From contig JASGJH010000001.1 in assembly GCA_047601445.1 (NCBI GenBank), positions 8,032,001 through 8,096,000 of the forward strand: 64,000 bases of DNA, written 5' to 3'. Source of the DNA: Myxococcales bacterium. Its GTDB lineage: Bacteria > Myxococcota_A > Polyangia > Polyangiales > DASUME01. The notes beneath the pieces were generated by a model, which saw only the letters and a list, made by a program, of their open reading frames with translations, did not search any database and was not told where the DNA came from. Every line of letters starts with the position of its first letter. The first letter of the stretch is position 1. The translations under genes were made by a program, and so were the position numbers. This document shows positions 18,628-27,880 of the stretch, piece by piece.

Positions 18628-18852
18628 ATGAAGCTTGGCATTCTGTGGGTCATCACCTTAGTGCTGCTCGGTGGTTGCACGAATGAAGGCTACGTCCTGC
18701 ACCGGTCGGGCAATTCGCCAAGCAACTACATCGCTAAGTTCGATGCCCTCGACAACGCGTCACTGAACGAGCTCTCCTGCAAGGAGTTTGTGAAGTTCGT
18801 CGAGGCCATGAGCCCGGAGACGGGAAGGGTTACCTGTTCGCCAGCGCCATGA
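18628..18852 (+). CDS. Small lipoprotein
   Basis: MKLGILWVITLVLLGGC lipobox; two further Cys residues. Confidence 0.65.
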   Translation: MKLGILWVITLVLLGGCTNEGYVLHRSGNSPSNYIAKFDALDNASLNELSCKEFVKFVEAMSPETGRVTCSPAP

Positions 18853-18896
18853 ACCAGCGAGTCGTGCCCTCCAGAATCAAGAGCGGATGGTGAGCG

Positions 18897-19115
18897 ATGC
18901 CCCGGCTTGATAAAAAGCAACTGTCTGCAAGTGAGTACTTAACCGCCGCCGAGGCGTCGGCAGTTTTGCGAATTAGCCGGAATGCCATGTACGCGGCCCT
19001 CGGGCGCGGCGAGGTGCCTGGCCAGCTGAGGATCGGTAACCTCTACCGTATCCGGAAAGCTGCCTTGCTTCCACCGAAGGATTCCTCCGCAAGCCCAAGT
19101 CGCGAGGTTCCCTGA
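18897..19115 (+). CDS. Xis/HTH_17-type DNA-binding protein
   Basis: YLTAAEASAVLRISRNAMY...GEVPG..RIGNLYRI. Confidence 0.8.
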   Translation: MPRLDKKQLSASEYLTAAEASAVLRISRNAMYAALGRGEVPGQLRIGNLYRIRKAALLPPKDSSASPSREVP

Positions 19116-19267
19116 TGCGCAAGCCACGCGAGGTTGAGTTCGTAGGGAAACTTCCCGGGGAGCCGGGCAAGCTCACCCCGCGACAGAAGGATCTGGTTCG
19201 CTGGCTGATTCGCGAGGCGCTAGCGGCAGTCGGGCGGGAGCAAGAGACGAGCGGATCGAAGCTCTGA
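19115..19267 (+). CDS. Small hypothetical protein (50 aa)
   Basis: ATG overlaps the previous TGA; MRKPREVEFVGKLPGEPGKLTPRQKDLVRWLIREAL... Confidence 0.5.
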   Translation: MRKPREVEFVGKLPGEPGKLTPRQKDLVRWLIREALAAVGREQETSGSKL

Positions 19268-19313
19268 TCTAGCGCCTCGCGATCGGTGCACACATCGCAG
19301 CTCAGGAGGGGTG

Positions 19314-19745
19314 ATGGCTGATGCGCCGAGTACCCTAGAGATTGCCTTCGCCGAACTGATCCAAGGTCTGGTAGCCGATGAGGTTGAGCGCGCATTGCAG
19401 CGGCGGATCGAGGAAATCCGCGGCCCGCAGTGGGTCTCCAAGGGCGAGGCCTGCAAACTGCTCGGCGGAATTTCTCTGCGAACCCTGGCAAGGTTCATCA
19501 GTTTGAGCCGACTGGAAACCTCCAGGATTGGAGGTCGGCTCCTTGTCTCCCGCGACAGCATTGACTGGCTCATCGAGGAAGCCCGCGAGCCCGGTGCCTG
19601 GAACAAAAGTCCTTGGCTCCGTCCGGTGCGACTGCCGGAAGTTCCGAAAGCAAGGTGGGAGCCGGCCAAGAGCACGCGCCACGTCGAGGCGGCAAAGCGT
19701 GGCTACGCGAGCTGGAAGGCTAAGCAGGAAAAGATGGACCCGTGA
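19314..19745 (+). CDS. HTH_17-type DNA-binding protein
   Basis: WVSKGEACKLLGGISLRTL...RIGGRLLVSR; AGGAGG SD. Confidence 0.75.
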   Translation: MADAPSTLEIAFAELIQGLVADEVERALQRRIEEIRGPQWVSKGEACKLLGGISLRTLARFISLSRLETSRIGGRLLVSRDSIDWLIEEAREPGAWNKSPWLRPVRLPEVPKARWEPAKSTRHVEAAKRGYASWKAKQEKMDP

Positions 19746-19758
19746 CCTCCGATGACGG

Positions 19759-20010
19759 TCAGCTTGGGCAGGGGCCGAATTGGACAAGTAGACGGGCGAC
19801 GAGAGCGGCATCGGCCGATCGCCAGTCCTCGTCGGTCCACCGGTCCACCTTCGAATAGATCCCGCTCTGGTACTCGTGGCTCGTGCACGTCATTGCCCGG
19901 TCGGGTGGGGTCGGGCGCTCTTTGATGCCGGCAAAATCCGTCTTGAAGCTTCCCGGCTCCCAGCCGCGCGGGGTGAGGTGGTACTCGTTCCATTCGTTGC
20001 TTGCGGACAT
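19759..20010 (-). CDS. Small hypothetical protein, antisense to the early operon
   Basis: MSASNEWNEYHLTPRGWEPG..., 83 aa, fills the intergenic gap. Confidence 0.55.
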   Translation of the reverse strand: MSASNEWNEYHLTPRGWEPGSFKTDFAGIKERPTPPDRAMTCTSHEYQSGIYSKVDRWTDEDWRSADAALVARLLVQFGPCPS

Positions 20011-20157
20011 CGGGGGGGCCTTGTGAGGGGGATATTCTCTATATGGTCGCCTCGGCGCGTCGTTGGCCACCCACGCGCCGCGCAATCAGCATGCCTCGTG
20101 CGCAGGATCGCAAAGATCTCTGCGAAGCTGCGGAGCACGCGCGAGCACTAAAGGGGC

Positions 20158-20388
20158 ATGTCGAGCACTTCAGCGAAACGCGCCCCGCTTCCAAAGCTCC
20201 TCACACCGGATGACCTGGCTGCGACTCTCGGGGTGACGAGGAAGAGCATCTACAACCGGGTCTCACGCGGGCAGATCCCGGCCGCCGTGATCATCCGCTT
20301 GGGGGAGGGCGAGCGCGCGCTGTTGCGCTTCGAGGCATCGGCTGTTACGGATTGGCTGACCAAGAAGCACGGAAGTCAGCGGGAGTAG
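20158..20388 (+). CDS. xis: Excisionase/AlpA-like HTH protein
   Basis: LLTPDDLAATLGVTRKSIYNRVSRGQIP; immediately upstream of the integrase. Confidence 0.75.
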   Translation: MSSTSAKRAPLPKLLTPDDLAATLGVTRKSIYNRVSRGQIPAAVIIRLGEGERALLRFEASAVTDWLTKKHGSQRE

Positions 20389-20394
20389 AGTCCC

Positions 20395-21498
20395 GTGGCC
20401 TTTCGTATCCGACCCCATCGTAAGCGCGGCAAAATCGACGGCCTGGAAGTCGATATTTCGATCAAGCTGCCCGACGGCACCACTCGCCGGGAGCGGCGCC
20501 GCTCCCCGGCACCCAATCGGTCGGGAGCCGAGAAATGGGCGGCTGCCCGGGAGCGCGAGCTGTTCGCGGAAGCGCTCAAGCCTAAGCCGGTAGCCCGGCG
20601 AGATATCCCCACACTCGACGAGTTCTGGTCGCGATTCGTTTCCGACCATGTCGACGCCAACGCCCACAAGCCGAGCGGCAAGGAGTCGAAGGAGTACGGT
20701 TATCGCCGGATCCTTAGTCCGCGGCTCGGAAGTCGGCGCCTTGTCGAGATCGATGACCAGGCCGTCATCGACCTAAAGACGTGGATGCGCGCAGAAGGTC
20801 TCGCGCCGGCCACGGCGAACAACACGCTATCGCTGCTCTCGATGGTGCTCAAGGTCGCCGTGCAGTGGCGGGTCATCGACGCTATCCCGTGCAGGATTCC
20901 CAGGCTCAAGGGCGCCGCGATGCTGCCCAAGTTCTACGACTTCAAGGAGTTGGACCGTCTCGTCGTGGCTGCGCGTGGCTTGGACCCCCGGGCGGAGCTC
21001 GTGATCCTGCTGGGCGCGGACGCCGGTCTACGAGCCGGCGAGATCACTGCTCTGGAGCGCTCGCGCTGCGACACCAGGCTCGGCCAGATCCGCGTCGAGC
21101 TCTCCGAATGGAAAGGACACGTCACCCCGACCAAGGGCATGGAGTCCCGCGTTGTGCCCATGACGGCCCGCCTGCGCAAGGCGATCAAGGCGTACGACCA
21201 CGGGCAGGACTCCCCGCGGCTGCTTCTCGGTGAGCGCGGCGGAGCCAGCCACCGGGTCCTTCGGGACTGGAGCCGTAAAGCCCAGGACGCGGCGGGCCTC
21301 AAAGGAGGGAAGGGCGAGTTACATATCCTGCGCCACACCTTCTGCAGTCACCTCGCGATGAAGGGCGTGCCCGCCATCACGGTCCAGCACTTGGCGGGCC
21401 ACAAATCCTTAACCACCACGCTGAGATACATGCACTTGGCCCCGGGCGAAGCCTCGCGCGCTATCAAGATCCTCGAGTCAGCTCGGCCCAACCCGTGA
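20395..21498 (+). CDS. int: Tyrosine recombinase/integrase
   Basis: GLRAGE (R), PTK (K), HILRH (HxxR), LAGH and TTLRY (catalytic Y). Confidence 0.95.
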   Translation: MAFRIRPHRKRGKIDGLEVDISIKLPDGTTRRERRRSPAPNRSGAEKWAAARERELFAEALKPKPVARRDIPTLDEFWSRFVSDHVDANAHKPSGKESKEYGYRRILSPRLGSRRLVEIDDQAVIDLKTWMRAEGLAPATANNTLSLLSMVLKVAVQWRVIDAIPCRIPRLKGAAMLPKFYDFKELDRLVVAARGLDPRAELVILLGADAGLRAGEITALERSRCDTRLGQIRVELSEWKGHVTPTKGMESRVVPMTARLRKAIKAYDHGQDSPRLLLGERGGASHRVLRDWSRKAQDAAGLKGGKGELHILRHTFCSHLAMKGVPAITVQHLAGHKSLTTTLRYMHLAPGEASRAIKILESARPNP

Positions 21499-21518
21499 TC
21501 AAATTCGACGCGCGCGGT

Positions 21519-21538
21519 TTGGAGCCACCTTGGAGCCA
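21519..21538 (+). repeat. Tandem TTGGAGCCA direct repeat, probable integrase arm-type sites
   Basis: TTGGAGCCA at 21519-21527 and 21530-21538 (11-bp period), between int and the att core. Confidence 0.55.
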
Positions 21539-21586
21539 GACGAGGAAGATGTTACTTTCGCCGGAGAATTGAGGCAGCGCAGCTAG

Positions 21587-21639
21587 TTTAGGTTCCGTTG
21601 TCGCAAGACGTGGAGGTTCAAGTCCTCTTCCTCGCACCA
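21587..21639 (+). other. attR: 3' half of tRNA-Leu(TAG)
   Basis: TTTAGGT anticodon loop, variable arm GTC-GCAA-GAC, T-arm GGAGG-TTCAAGT-CCTCT, acceptor 3' strand and ACCA; 5' half and D-arm absent. Confidence 0.88.
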
Positions 21640-21830
21640 CATGAGATTCCGATGGGTTGCATGGGCGTGCTCGCGGTGAGGTTTCCCGCGGTTTGAGGAG
21701 TGCGCCGGTTCGGGATGCTCGGAGGCTCGGCCTCCGCCGTCGTTCGTGCTGCCCGAAGCGGTCCCACGGCGTCCCGTAGCGGACTGGGGCTGGCTTCTCA
21801 TTTCAGGCATGGGGTCGCAGAGTCGCTCTC

Positions 21831-23610
21831 ATGCTTACGATGGCTTGCCTGCTCTTGAACTGCTTTTCGCTTGCCCGCGTTGTTGCGCGAGGGCTCTCGC
21901 ATTCGACATCACTGGTTGCGCTTTGCATCGCCCTTGCGCTCGGCTGTGGCTCGAATCGGGACCACTCGTCTTGGCCGATGCACCGTGATGGAGGCGAGCG
22001 TCCTCCTGACCATGGCGATGGCGACACGGAACTTGGCGATGGCGACGTGGACCCGAGCGACGCAGGCGTACTGGACAGCGGAACTCAGCGTCCGGATGCC
22101 AGTCTGACGGACGCGGGGATGGGCGAGTCCGACGCAGGTTCGACTCGGGTCCACATTGCGAGCGGAGATTCTGGTGGGAAGGATCGATGCCGAAACCAGG
22201 CTCTTCTTGGCCATCCCCTATGCCGAGCCGCCGCTTGGTGAGCGCCGCCTGAGGCCGCCGGTTGCGGCGGCGCCCTGGCAAGGTACGCGCACGGCCACGG
22301 AGTACGGGCCGAGTTGTCCGCAGCCTGTGGGGGCGGTCAAAGGGGCATTGAGTGAGGACTGTCTGACGCTCAACGTGTTCGCTCCGCTCAGTCCACCGCC
22401 CGGCGGCGCCCCGGTGATGGTGTTTTTGCATGGTGGCGGCTTTGGGACGGGCGGTGCGGCGGGCTATCCCTCGCAATGGCTGAGCGCACCGACGGGCACC
22501 TTGATCGTCACGCTGAACTACCGCCTGGGCGCGTTGGGCTTTCTCGTCCATCCTGCGATCGACCAAGCGCTCGACGTGCCGTCGGGAAACATGGGGCTTC
22601 GGGATCAGCAGCTAGCGCTCGCTTGGGTGCGCGACAACATCGCCGCTTTCGGCGGTGACCCTGCGCGTGTGACGGTGTTCGGGGAGTCGGCGGGTGCTCT
22701 GAGCTCGTGTCTGCACATGTTCATGAAAGGGAGTGAGGGCTTGGCGCGCGGCTTCATCGCGGAGAGCGGGTCGTGCGTCGCGGGCTCGCTGCGGCCGACC
22801 ACGCGCGAGAAGGCCCTCGATGTCGGGGCAGCGTTCGTGGATCAACACTGCGCCTTGGCCGCCGATACGTTGCAATGTCTGCAGGAGCTACCCGTCGAGA
22901 GCTTCGTCTCGACGAGCTTCGTGGTCGCGGCGGGCGGGACGGGCACCAATACTTGGCCTCACGTCGACGGCGAGCTGATCGCCGCGCACCCGATGCAGAT
23001 GCTTCGTGCGAGGCACTTTCAAGGCTCCGCGTTCATCGCTGGCAGCAACGCACGCGAGGCCGCGTTGTACGAGCTCTACGGCTTTCCTCACGTGGGGAGT
23101 CACCTGGACCTGCTCGCCCTGCTTTACGCGTTCTATCCGGACGCATGGTCGGAGATCTACGAGCACTACAAGCACAAGGACGGTGGAGATGCCCACGAGA
23201 TCTTCATTCGAATCTTCACCGACGAACAGTTTCGTTGCCCCACTCGCGCCTGGGTGAGAGAGGCCAGCGCGCTGGGTGTCCGCCCCTATCTCTTCAGCTT
23301 CGCGGTCGCCCCAGCCGCCCACTCGCTGGAGCTCGACTACGTCTTCGGTTGGCCCACGGGCGGGGTTTCACTGTCGTTCCCTGGCGAAGCGCCGAATCCC
23401 CCGACGCCATCCGTGGTTCATACGGTGCAGACGTACTGGACGACATTCGCCAGGACCCTCGATCCCAACGACGGAACGCAACCCACCTGGCCGAGCTACG
23501 ACGCGGACAACGACTCTCACATGATCCTGACCGACCCGACGATCACGGGGACGGCCTTGTCGAGCGACGACTGTGACTTCTGGGATCAGCACTATGCGCA
23601 GGAGCTGTGA
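21831..23610 (+). CDS. Carboxylesterase type B lipoprotein, split by a 1-bp frameshift at about 22170
   Basis: LALGC lipobox and DAG-rich linker in one frame; SEDCLTLNV, HGGGF, GESAG and AHSLEL in the next; removing one T at 22169-22170 fuses them. Confidence 0.85.
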
Positions 23611-23646
23611 CGCTGGGCGGGGCTGGGCGAACGATCGCCGGCACCG

Positions 23647-25218
23647 TCAACGGGCCCGCAAGTACGTGATCAGCGAATGCTTCTCCTCGTCGTCGAGGTC
23701 GGTGCAGGTCTGCATGTGTCCCGAGTCCGCGTAGCCAACTTCGCTGATCGTGGGCCGCTGCGAACCTAGACAGAACAGCGCTTCGAGCGAATCGACCGAG
23801 CCGTTGTGGAGGAAGCGTTGCATGGTCCACTCACCCACCAGGCGCGGCGCCTTGAGGCTGTGCGTGAGTTCGTCGCCAGGTCGGAAGCGCAAGTTGCAGC
23901 AGGGCATGCCCGTTTGCTCGGGGTCCGCCCACTTCTGCATTTGTGGGTCGGTGCCGAGCTCGGCGTAGCTATAGAGCTTCTTGCCGCTGCCGCGCGGACC
24001 GTCGTGACAGCTGGAGCAGGCCTTCTCGGAGAACAGTCGCGCGCCCCGCTCGACCTCGTCGGCTTTCGCGGGCGCTGGGTTTTCCGGCGGCCTCAGCGAG
24101 TAGATGTACTCCGCCAGCGGGGCGAGCTTGTCGTCGGGCCAGTCGGCGATCTTGCCGCCGCCGAGATCGACGAACTCGGCTACGAAGTTCTCGAGCGACG
24201 AGGTGCCGCCGGTGACGCCCAACATCCCGTGGTGCATGCCGCTCGCCGCGACCTCGTCGTTCGTCGGGATTCCCCACAGAGCGCTGATCTTGCTGATGGT
24301 GTGCACGCCGTCGTCGAAGGGCAGTGGCGCGATGAAGAAGTCCATCGTGCCGGCCTTCCACGAGGCGTAGTGATGCTCTGTCTCGCGCGTGAAGTTGGGG
24401 ACCGATGCGCCGCCCGTGACCAGTGGCAGAAGTGCGCTGGTGAGCGAGAGCGAAAGACCAGGGTTCGCTTGCATCACATCTAGCAACGGCTTCACCGCGG
24501 CCACGGCGTCGGGGTCGTGATCCGCCGCCGAGGCGCCCAACCCGAGCAGCGGCACCAGCATCAACGACAAGTTCTGCCGACCGTACTGGTAGTCGTGATT
24601 CGGTGCTCCGACCGCGTAGCGGCCGTCCGGTAAGCGTCCGAAATGGCAGCTCGCGCAGGTGAATGCATAGGTCTCCACGGAAGCACCGAGGATGGCTCCG
24701 GGGGCGAGCCCGAGCGGCAAGTGGGTCTCCGAGGTGGGGTCCTCGATCATGCCCAGCTTCGAGAAGCCGCCGCCGATCTGATCGGGAAAGTTGTCGATCA
24801 GAAAGTGCACGAGCGTCGCGGGGACGCCGAGGGTGCCGAACCCTTCCCAGAAGAACATGGCCTTGCCGCAGCGAAGCTTGGCGCGCCGATCGCGCGGGGC
24901 CGCGCGGTACTCGTCACAGGCCGTGGCGAGCGCGCCCTGTTCGAGCAACTCGCCCAGATCGGCCGAGACGTTGACCAAACCTTCGCTCGAGTCGGGCTGA
25001 CGAGCGAGCGGATCGACTATCTCGCCGGGCTCGCCGGCGTCGTCGTGTTGAGCGCCGTCGGGGGCGCGCGCCGCGTCGTCCTCGTCAGCATCCCCGGGAC
25101 CGGCGTCGCGTTCTGCGTTGTCGTCTCCGTCCGCGGCGCTGGGCGCCTGCGGTGTCGGCTCCTGGCCACAGGCCGCGAGCACAGTGAACAGGATCGCAAT
25201 TCGGCGCGAAGGAAACAT
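23647..25218 (-). CDS. Di-heme c-type cytochrome lipoprotein (RoxA/MauG/CcP superfamily-like)
   Basis: LAAC lipobox; CASCH and CSSCH; FLHNGSV motif. Confidence 0.75.
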   Translation of the reverse strand: MFPSRRIAILFTVLAACGQEPTPQAPSAADGDDNAERDAGPGDADEDDAARAPDGAQHDDAGEPGEIVDPLARQPDSSEGLVNVSADLGELLEQGALATACDEYRAAPRDRRAKLRCGKAMFFWEGFGTLGVPATLVHFLIDNFPDQIGGGFSKLGMIEDPTSETHLPLGLAPGAILGASVETYAFTCASCHFGRLPDGRYAVGAPNHDYQYGRQNLSLMLVPLLGLGASAADHDPDAVAAVKPLLDVMQANPGLSLSLTSALLPLVTGGASVPNFTRETEHHYASWKAGTMDFFIAPLPFDDGVHTISKISALWGIPTNDEVAASGMHHGMLGVTGGTSSLENFVAEFVDLGGGKIADWPDDKLAPLAEYIYSLRPPENPAPAKADEVERGARLFSEKACSSCHDGPRGSGKKLYSYAELGTDPQMQKWADPEQTGMPCCNLRFRPGDELTHSLKAPRLVGEWTMQRFLHNGSVDSLEALFCLGSQRPTISEVGYADSGHMQTCTDLDDEEKHSLITYLRAR

Positions 25219-25368
25219 CGATCGCCCGTTGTGGCGACTTCCTGGTGCGGTGTCAATGAAGGCATGGTGAACGTTGGCCTCGACAAGGCCGCACGGTGGC
25301 TGGGCTGCGCCGACCCGGTCTGCCCGACCTGGGCCAGGCCGTCGTGGCGAGATGAATGCTTGTTCGGC

Positions 25369-25893
25369 CTAGCATTCCCTGGTGTGCCTCGGGAACTGTG
25401 CGGCTCTCTTGAGTTTCGCCTTGCGTGGAATGTAGAGCAAGCGTCGGGTCTCCGCGCAGACGAAGAACACGTCGTCGCAACCCCAGCGGCCGTGCACCTC
25501 CCCCGTGGCGCGAAGCTCACACTGAATCCTTCCGTAGTCGTCGGTCAAGACCAGAGTCCCGTCGCGTTCGCGGCGGGCGAACAGCACGTAGTGCCGTAGA
25601 TGCTGCATCACGTGCATGTCGACCGCGCTGCGGGGCGCGAGTCGGCTGCGGATCTCGCCGTACACCTGGTCCCAGTTTCTTCCTCGCTGACTGAGCAGGA
25701 AGGCTCGGAGCGGCTGCAGGTTCTCATTCAGAGACTTGCCACGGCCGAAGCCCATGCCCATCTGCTTCGGGAGCACTTGTTCGTCGTCGCGGCTCCTGGA
25801 TTTGCGGTCGAACGCGTGGCGTCGCGCTCGAAACTTCAAGGTAGCGCCATAGCGCGGTCGCTCGACCAGGATCTTGGACATGTCACTGCGCAT
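25369..25893 (-). CDS. Basic hypothetical protein, third gene of the rtcB-prfH operon
   Basis: Overlaps the prfH end by 11 bp; Arg/Lys-rich; [25 protein letters not shown]. Confidence 0.7.
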   Translation of the reverse strand: MRSDMSKILVERPRYGATLKFRARRHAFDRKSRSRDDEQVLPKQMGMGFGRGKSLNENLQPLRAFLLSQRGRNWDQVYGEIRSRLAPRSAVDMHVMQHLRHYVLFARRERDGTLVLTDDYGRIQCELRATGEVHGRWGCDDVFFVCAETRRLLYIPRKAKLKRAAQFPRHTREC

Positions 25894-26527
25894 CGTGCAC
25901 CTCGCTGCGGATCAAGACGTCTCCCTCGACACTCCAGATCATCACCGGTCGACCTCGCTCGACGTGGATGGCGCGCGCTCGACGTGCCGACTTGGTCGCC
26001 GCCATCCGTAGTTGCTGCTCGCGGAGCAGGGCTTGCTCCAGCACGGCCAGGGCGCGTGCTTTGTTGCGATGCTGCGAGCGTTCGCTCTCGATCCGCACCG
26101 AAATCCCGGTCGGTCGATGCGTGACGCGCACCGCGGACTCCGTGCGATTGACATGCTGACCCCCTGCTCCGCTGGCTCGGCAGGTCTCCACCACGACGTC
26201 GGCCAACTCGACCGTCGCGCGCTGCAGGGCTTCGGGTTCGTCGCAGCTGACGCTCGCGTACCAACGTTTGCGATCCCGCTTGCCACGGCGCTCGCTGGGC
26301 ATGATCAGTGCGTGGGTGCCAAGGACTCCCCGCAAGCCGCTGGCGTCCCCCGTAAACCATAGATCCACGGAGCCGGGCGCGTCTTGGGGGCCGTGCACGA
26401 CCGTGTGATCGAGGACGAGCGCCTCGCGCGCGAGCTCGCGAGCCAGCGCGGAGGACAAGAGCCGTACGAAGACACGGACTTCGATTGGGCCGGTGCCAGA
26501 CGACACCGTGACACGCAGGGCAGTCAT
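25883..26527 (-). CDS. prfH: Peptide chain release factor homolog PrfH
   Basis: N-terminal [27 protein letters not shown] (GGQ); 214 aa; overlaps the rtcB stop. Confidence 0.88.
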   Translation of the reverse strand: MTALRVTVSSGTGPIEVRVFVRLLSSALARELAREALVLDHTVVHGPQDAPGSVDLWFTGDASGLRGVLGTHALIMPSERRGKRDRKRWYASVSCDEPEALQRATVELADVVVETCRASGAGGQHVNRTESAVRVTHRPTGISVRIESERSQHRNKARALAVLEQALLREQQLRMAATKSARRARAIHVERGRPVMIWSVEGDVLIRSEVHDAQ

Positions 26528-27726
26528 TTCTTCACCGTAATCAGAGGGATCAACGCAGCCACGCGCGCCGCGCTCGCCGCTTGCTCGAGGCTCTCCACGA
26601 CGGGCTCGATGGGCTTGTATGCGTCCGGGTGCTCCTCGTACATCAAGCTAGTGTCGTCGCAGATTACCCGCGACCCGAGCGCGGTGCGCGCGAGAGAAGC
26701 GCGCGTGTAGCGGTTCTTGAGCTTGGCGTGCGCATCGGAGCGTCCCATGCGCTTGCCCGCGCCGTGCGCGACGCAGCAAAGACAGGCATCGTTGCCGAGT
26801 CCTTGCATGACCCAGCTCGCGGCTCCGCGACTGCCGAGGACGACCGTGGGCTGATCGCGCTCCGCAGGAGCTGCACCCTTGCGATGCAAGAACGTGTTGT
26901 CCTGGCGTCGCTCCACGGCGTTATGGACGATGTCGAACAGACTCGCGATGCGAGCTCGGGTGCCCAACCCTGCGGCCCTTGCGAGTCGCCAGCCGGCGAG
27001 CAGTCGGTTTGTCCGTGCATAGCGAATCGCGCCGCGTAGATCGGACAAGTAGCGCTCGATCGCATCGCCAGAAAGGTTGGCGCCTGCGTAGCGAGCGTGT
27101 AGAGCCGCCCCCAGGGCGCGCGAACCCGAATGGACCATGATGACCTGAGCATCCTTGGAGAAGGCGAGCGTGCGCGCCCGCTCCTTGTCGGCAATTCGGT
27201 CTACTCGCGAGATCTCGGCGAAGTGATTGCCACCTCCGACGGTTCCGAGCTGCAGCGCATGCGCAGGCCCTGGTGGGAGGTCCCCGCTCGGCGCTTCATC
27301 GTCTTCGAACTGTTGTGCGAGCTCTGCCAGTGCCTCGGGCACTCCATCGACCCGAGCGAGCGCACGGGGGCCAAAGCGCCAGGCAACCTGCACCAGTTCC
27401 TCCGCGTCGACCTCGGGAAGGAATGGTTCGTCCCAGGCGGCCAGTACTCGGCGTTCGAGGGCATCGCCACGCGGGCCATCCTTGTGGCCCACCAGTACGA
27501 GCACGCCGCAGCCGGCGTCACCTCCGACGAGGTCTGGGAGTACCGAGCCCGCGAATAGAAACGCGGCGCCGATCGGGATGCCGCGACCCGGGTGCAGGTC
27601 AGGCATGCCCACCGCCCGCAGGCAGGGCTCGAGGGAGGCAACGCGGTGGAGCTGCTCGATCGCCTCGGACTCCATCCATACGGAGGCGTTGGCAATCAAT
27701 GAGGCGTGGGCAGGAAGGGGCGTCAT
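26524..27726 (-). CDS. rtcB: RNA ligase RtcB family (RtcB2 type, linked to PrfH)
   Basis: MPDLHPG, DAGCG, GGGNHF, HSGSR, HRKGA, HGAG and EEHPDAYK motifs; GGAGA SD before the ATG at 27726. Confidence 0.92.
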   Translation of the reverse strand: MTPLPAHASLIANASVWMESEAIEQLHRVASLEPCLRAVGMPDLHPGRGIPIGAAFLFAGSVLPDLVGGDAGCGVLVLVGHKDGPRGDALERRVLAAWDEPFLPEVDAEELVQVAWRFGPRALARVDGVPEALAELAQQFEDDEAPSGDLPPGPAHALQLGTVGGGNHFAEISRVDRIADKERARTLAFSKDAQVIMVHSGSRALGAALHARYAGANLSGDAIERYLSDLRGAIRYARTNRLLAGWRLARAAGLGTRARIASLFDIVHNAVERRQDNTFLHRKGAAPAERDQPTVVLGSRGAASWVMQGLGNDACLCCVAHGAGKRMGRSDAHAKLKNRYTRASLARTALGSRVICDDTSLMYEEHPDAYKPIEPVVESLEQAASAARVAALIPLITVKK

Positions 27727-27759
27727 GGTCGTCGTTCTCCCGGATTCGACCGGGTCCTG

Positions 27760-27775
27760 AGCAACCCCCGTGCCA
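27760..27775 (-). promoter_or_regulatory. Sigma54 -24/-12 promoter of the rtcB operon
   Basis: TGGCACGGGGGTTGCT matches TGGCACG-N4-TTGCW exactly. Confidence 0.88.
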
Positions 27776-27816
27776 TCACAAAAAAGGCGCGTAAAGATGC
27801 GGCATTTCGACCGATG

Positions 27817-27880
27817 TGATGCATGGTGCACCATTTGGTGGATGGTGCGTTGTTCACCGTGTATGATGCGTTCTGCATCA
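27817..27880. promoter_or_regulatory. Three TGATGC-N5-GCATCA-like dyads, candidate activator binding sites
   Basis: 27817-27833 TGATGC-ATGGT-GCACCA; 27843-27859 TGGTGC-GTTGT-TCACCG; 27864-27880 TGATGC-GTTCT-GCATCA. Confidence 0.55.

Larger units (their letters stand above)
1..21639. mobile_element. Prophage or phage-satellite-like element, right arm (left end lies outside the window), integrated in tRNA-Leu(TAG)
   Basis: Virion gene operon, terS, primase, Xis-like HTH genes and a tyrosine integrase ending about 90 bp before a duplicated tRNA 3' half. Confidence 0.92.

Noticed and set aside
21555..21639. Intact tRNA-Leu gene
   Set aside because: The 5' acceptor strand, D-arm and 5' anticodon stem are missing; it is the att duplication
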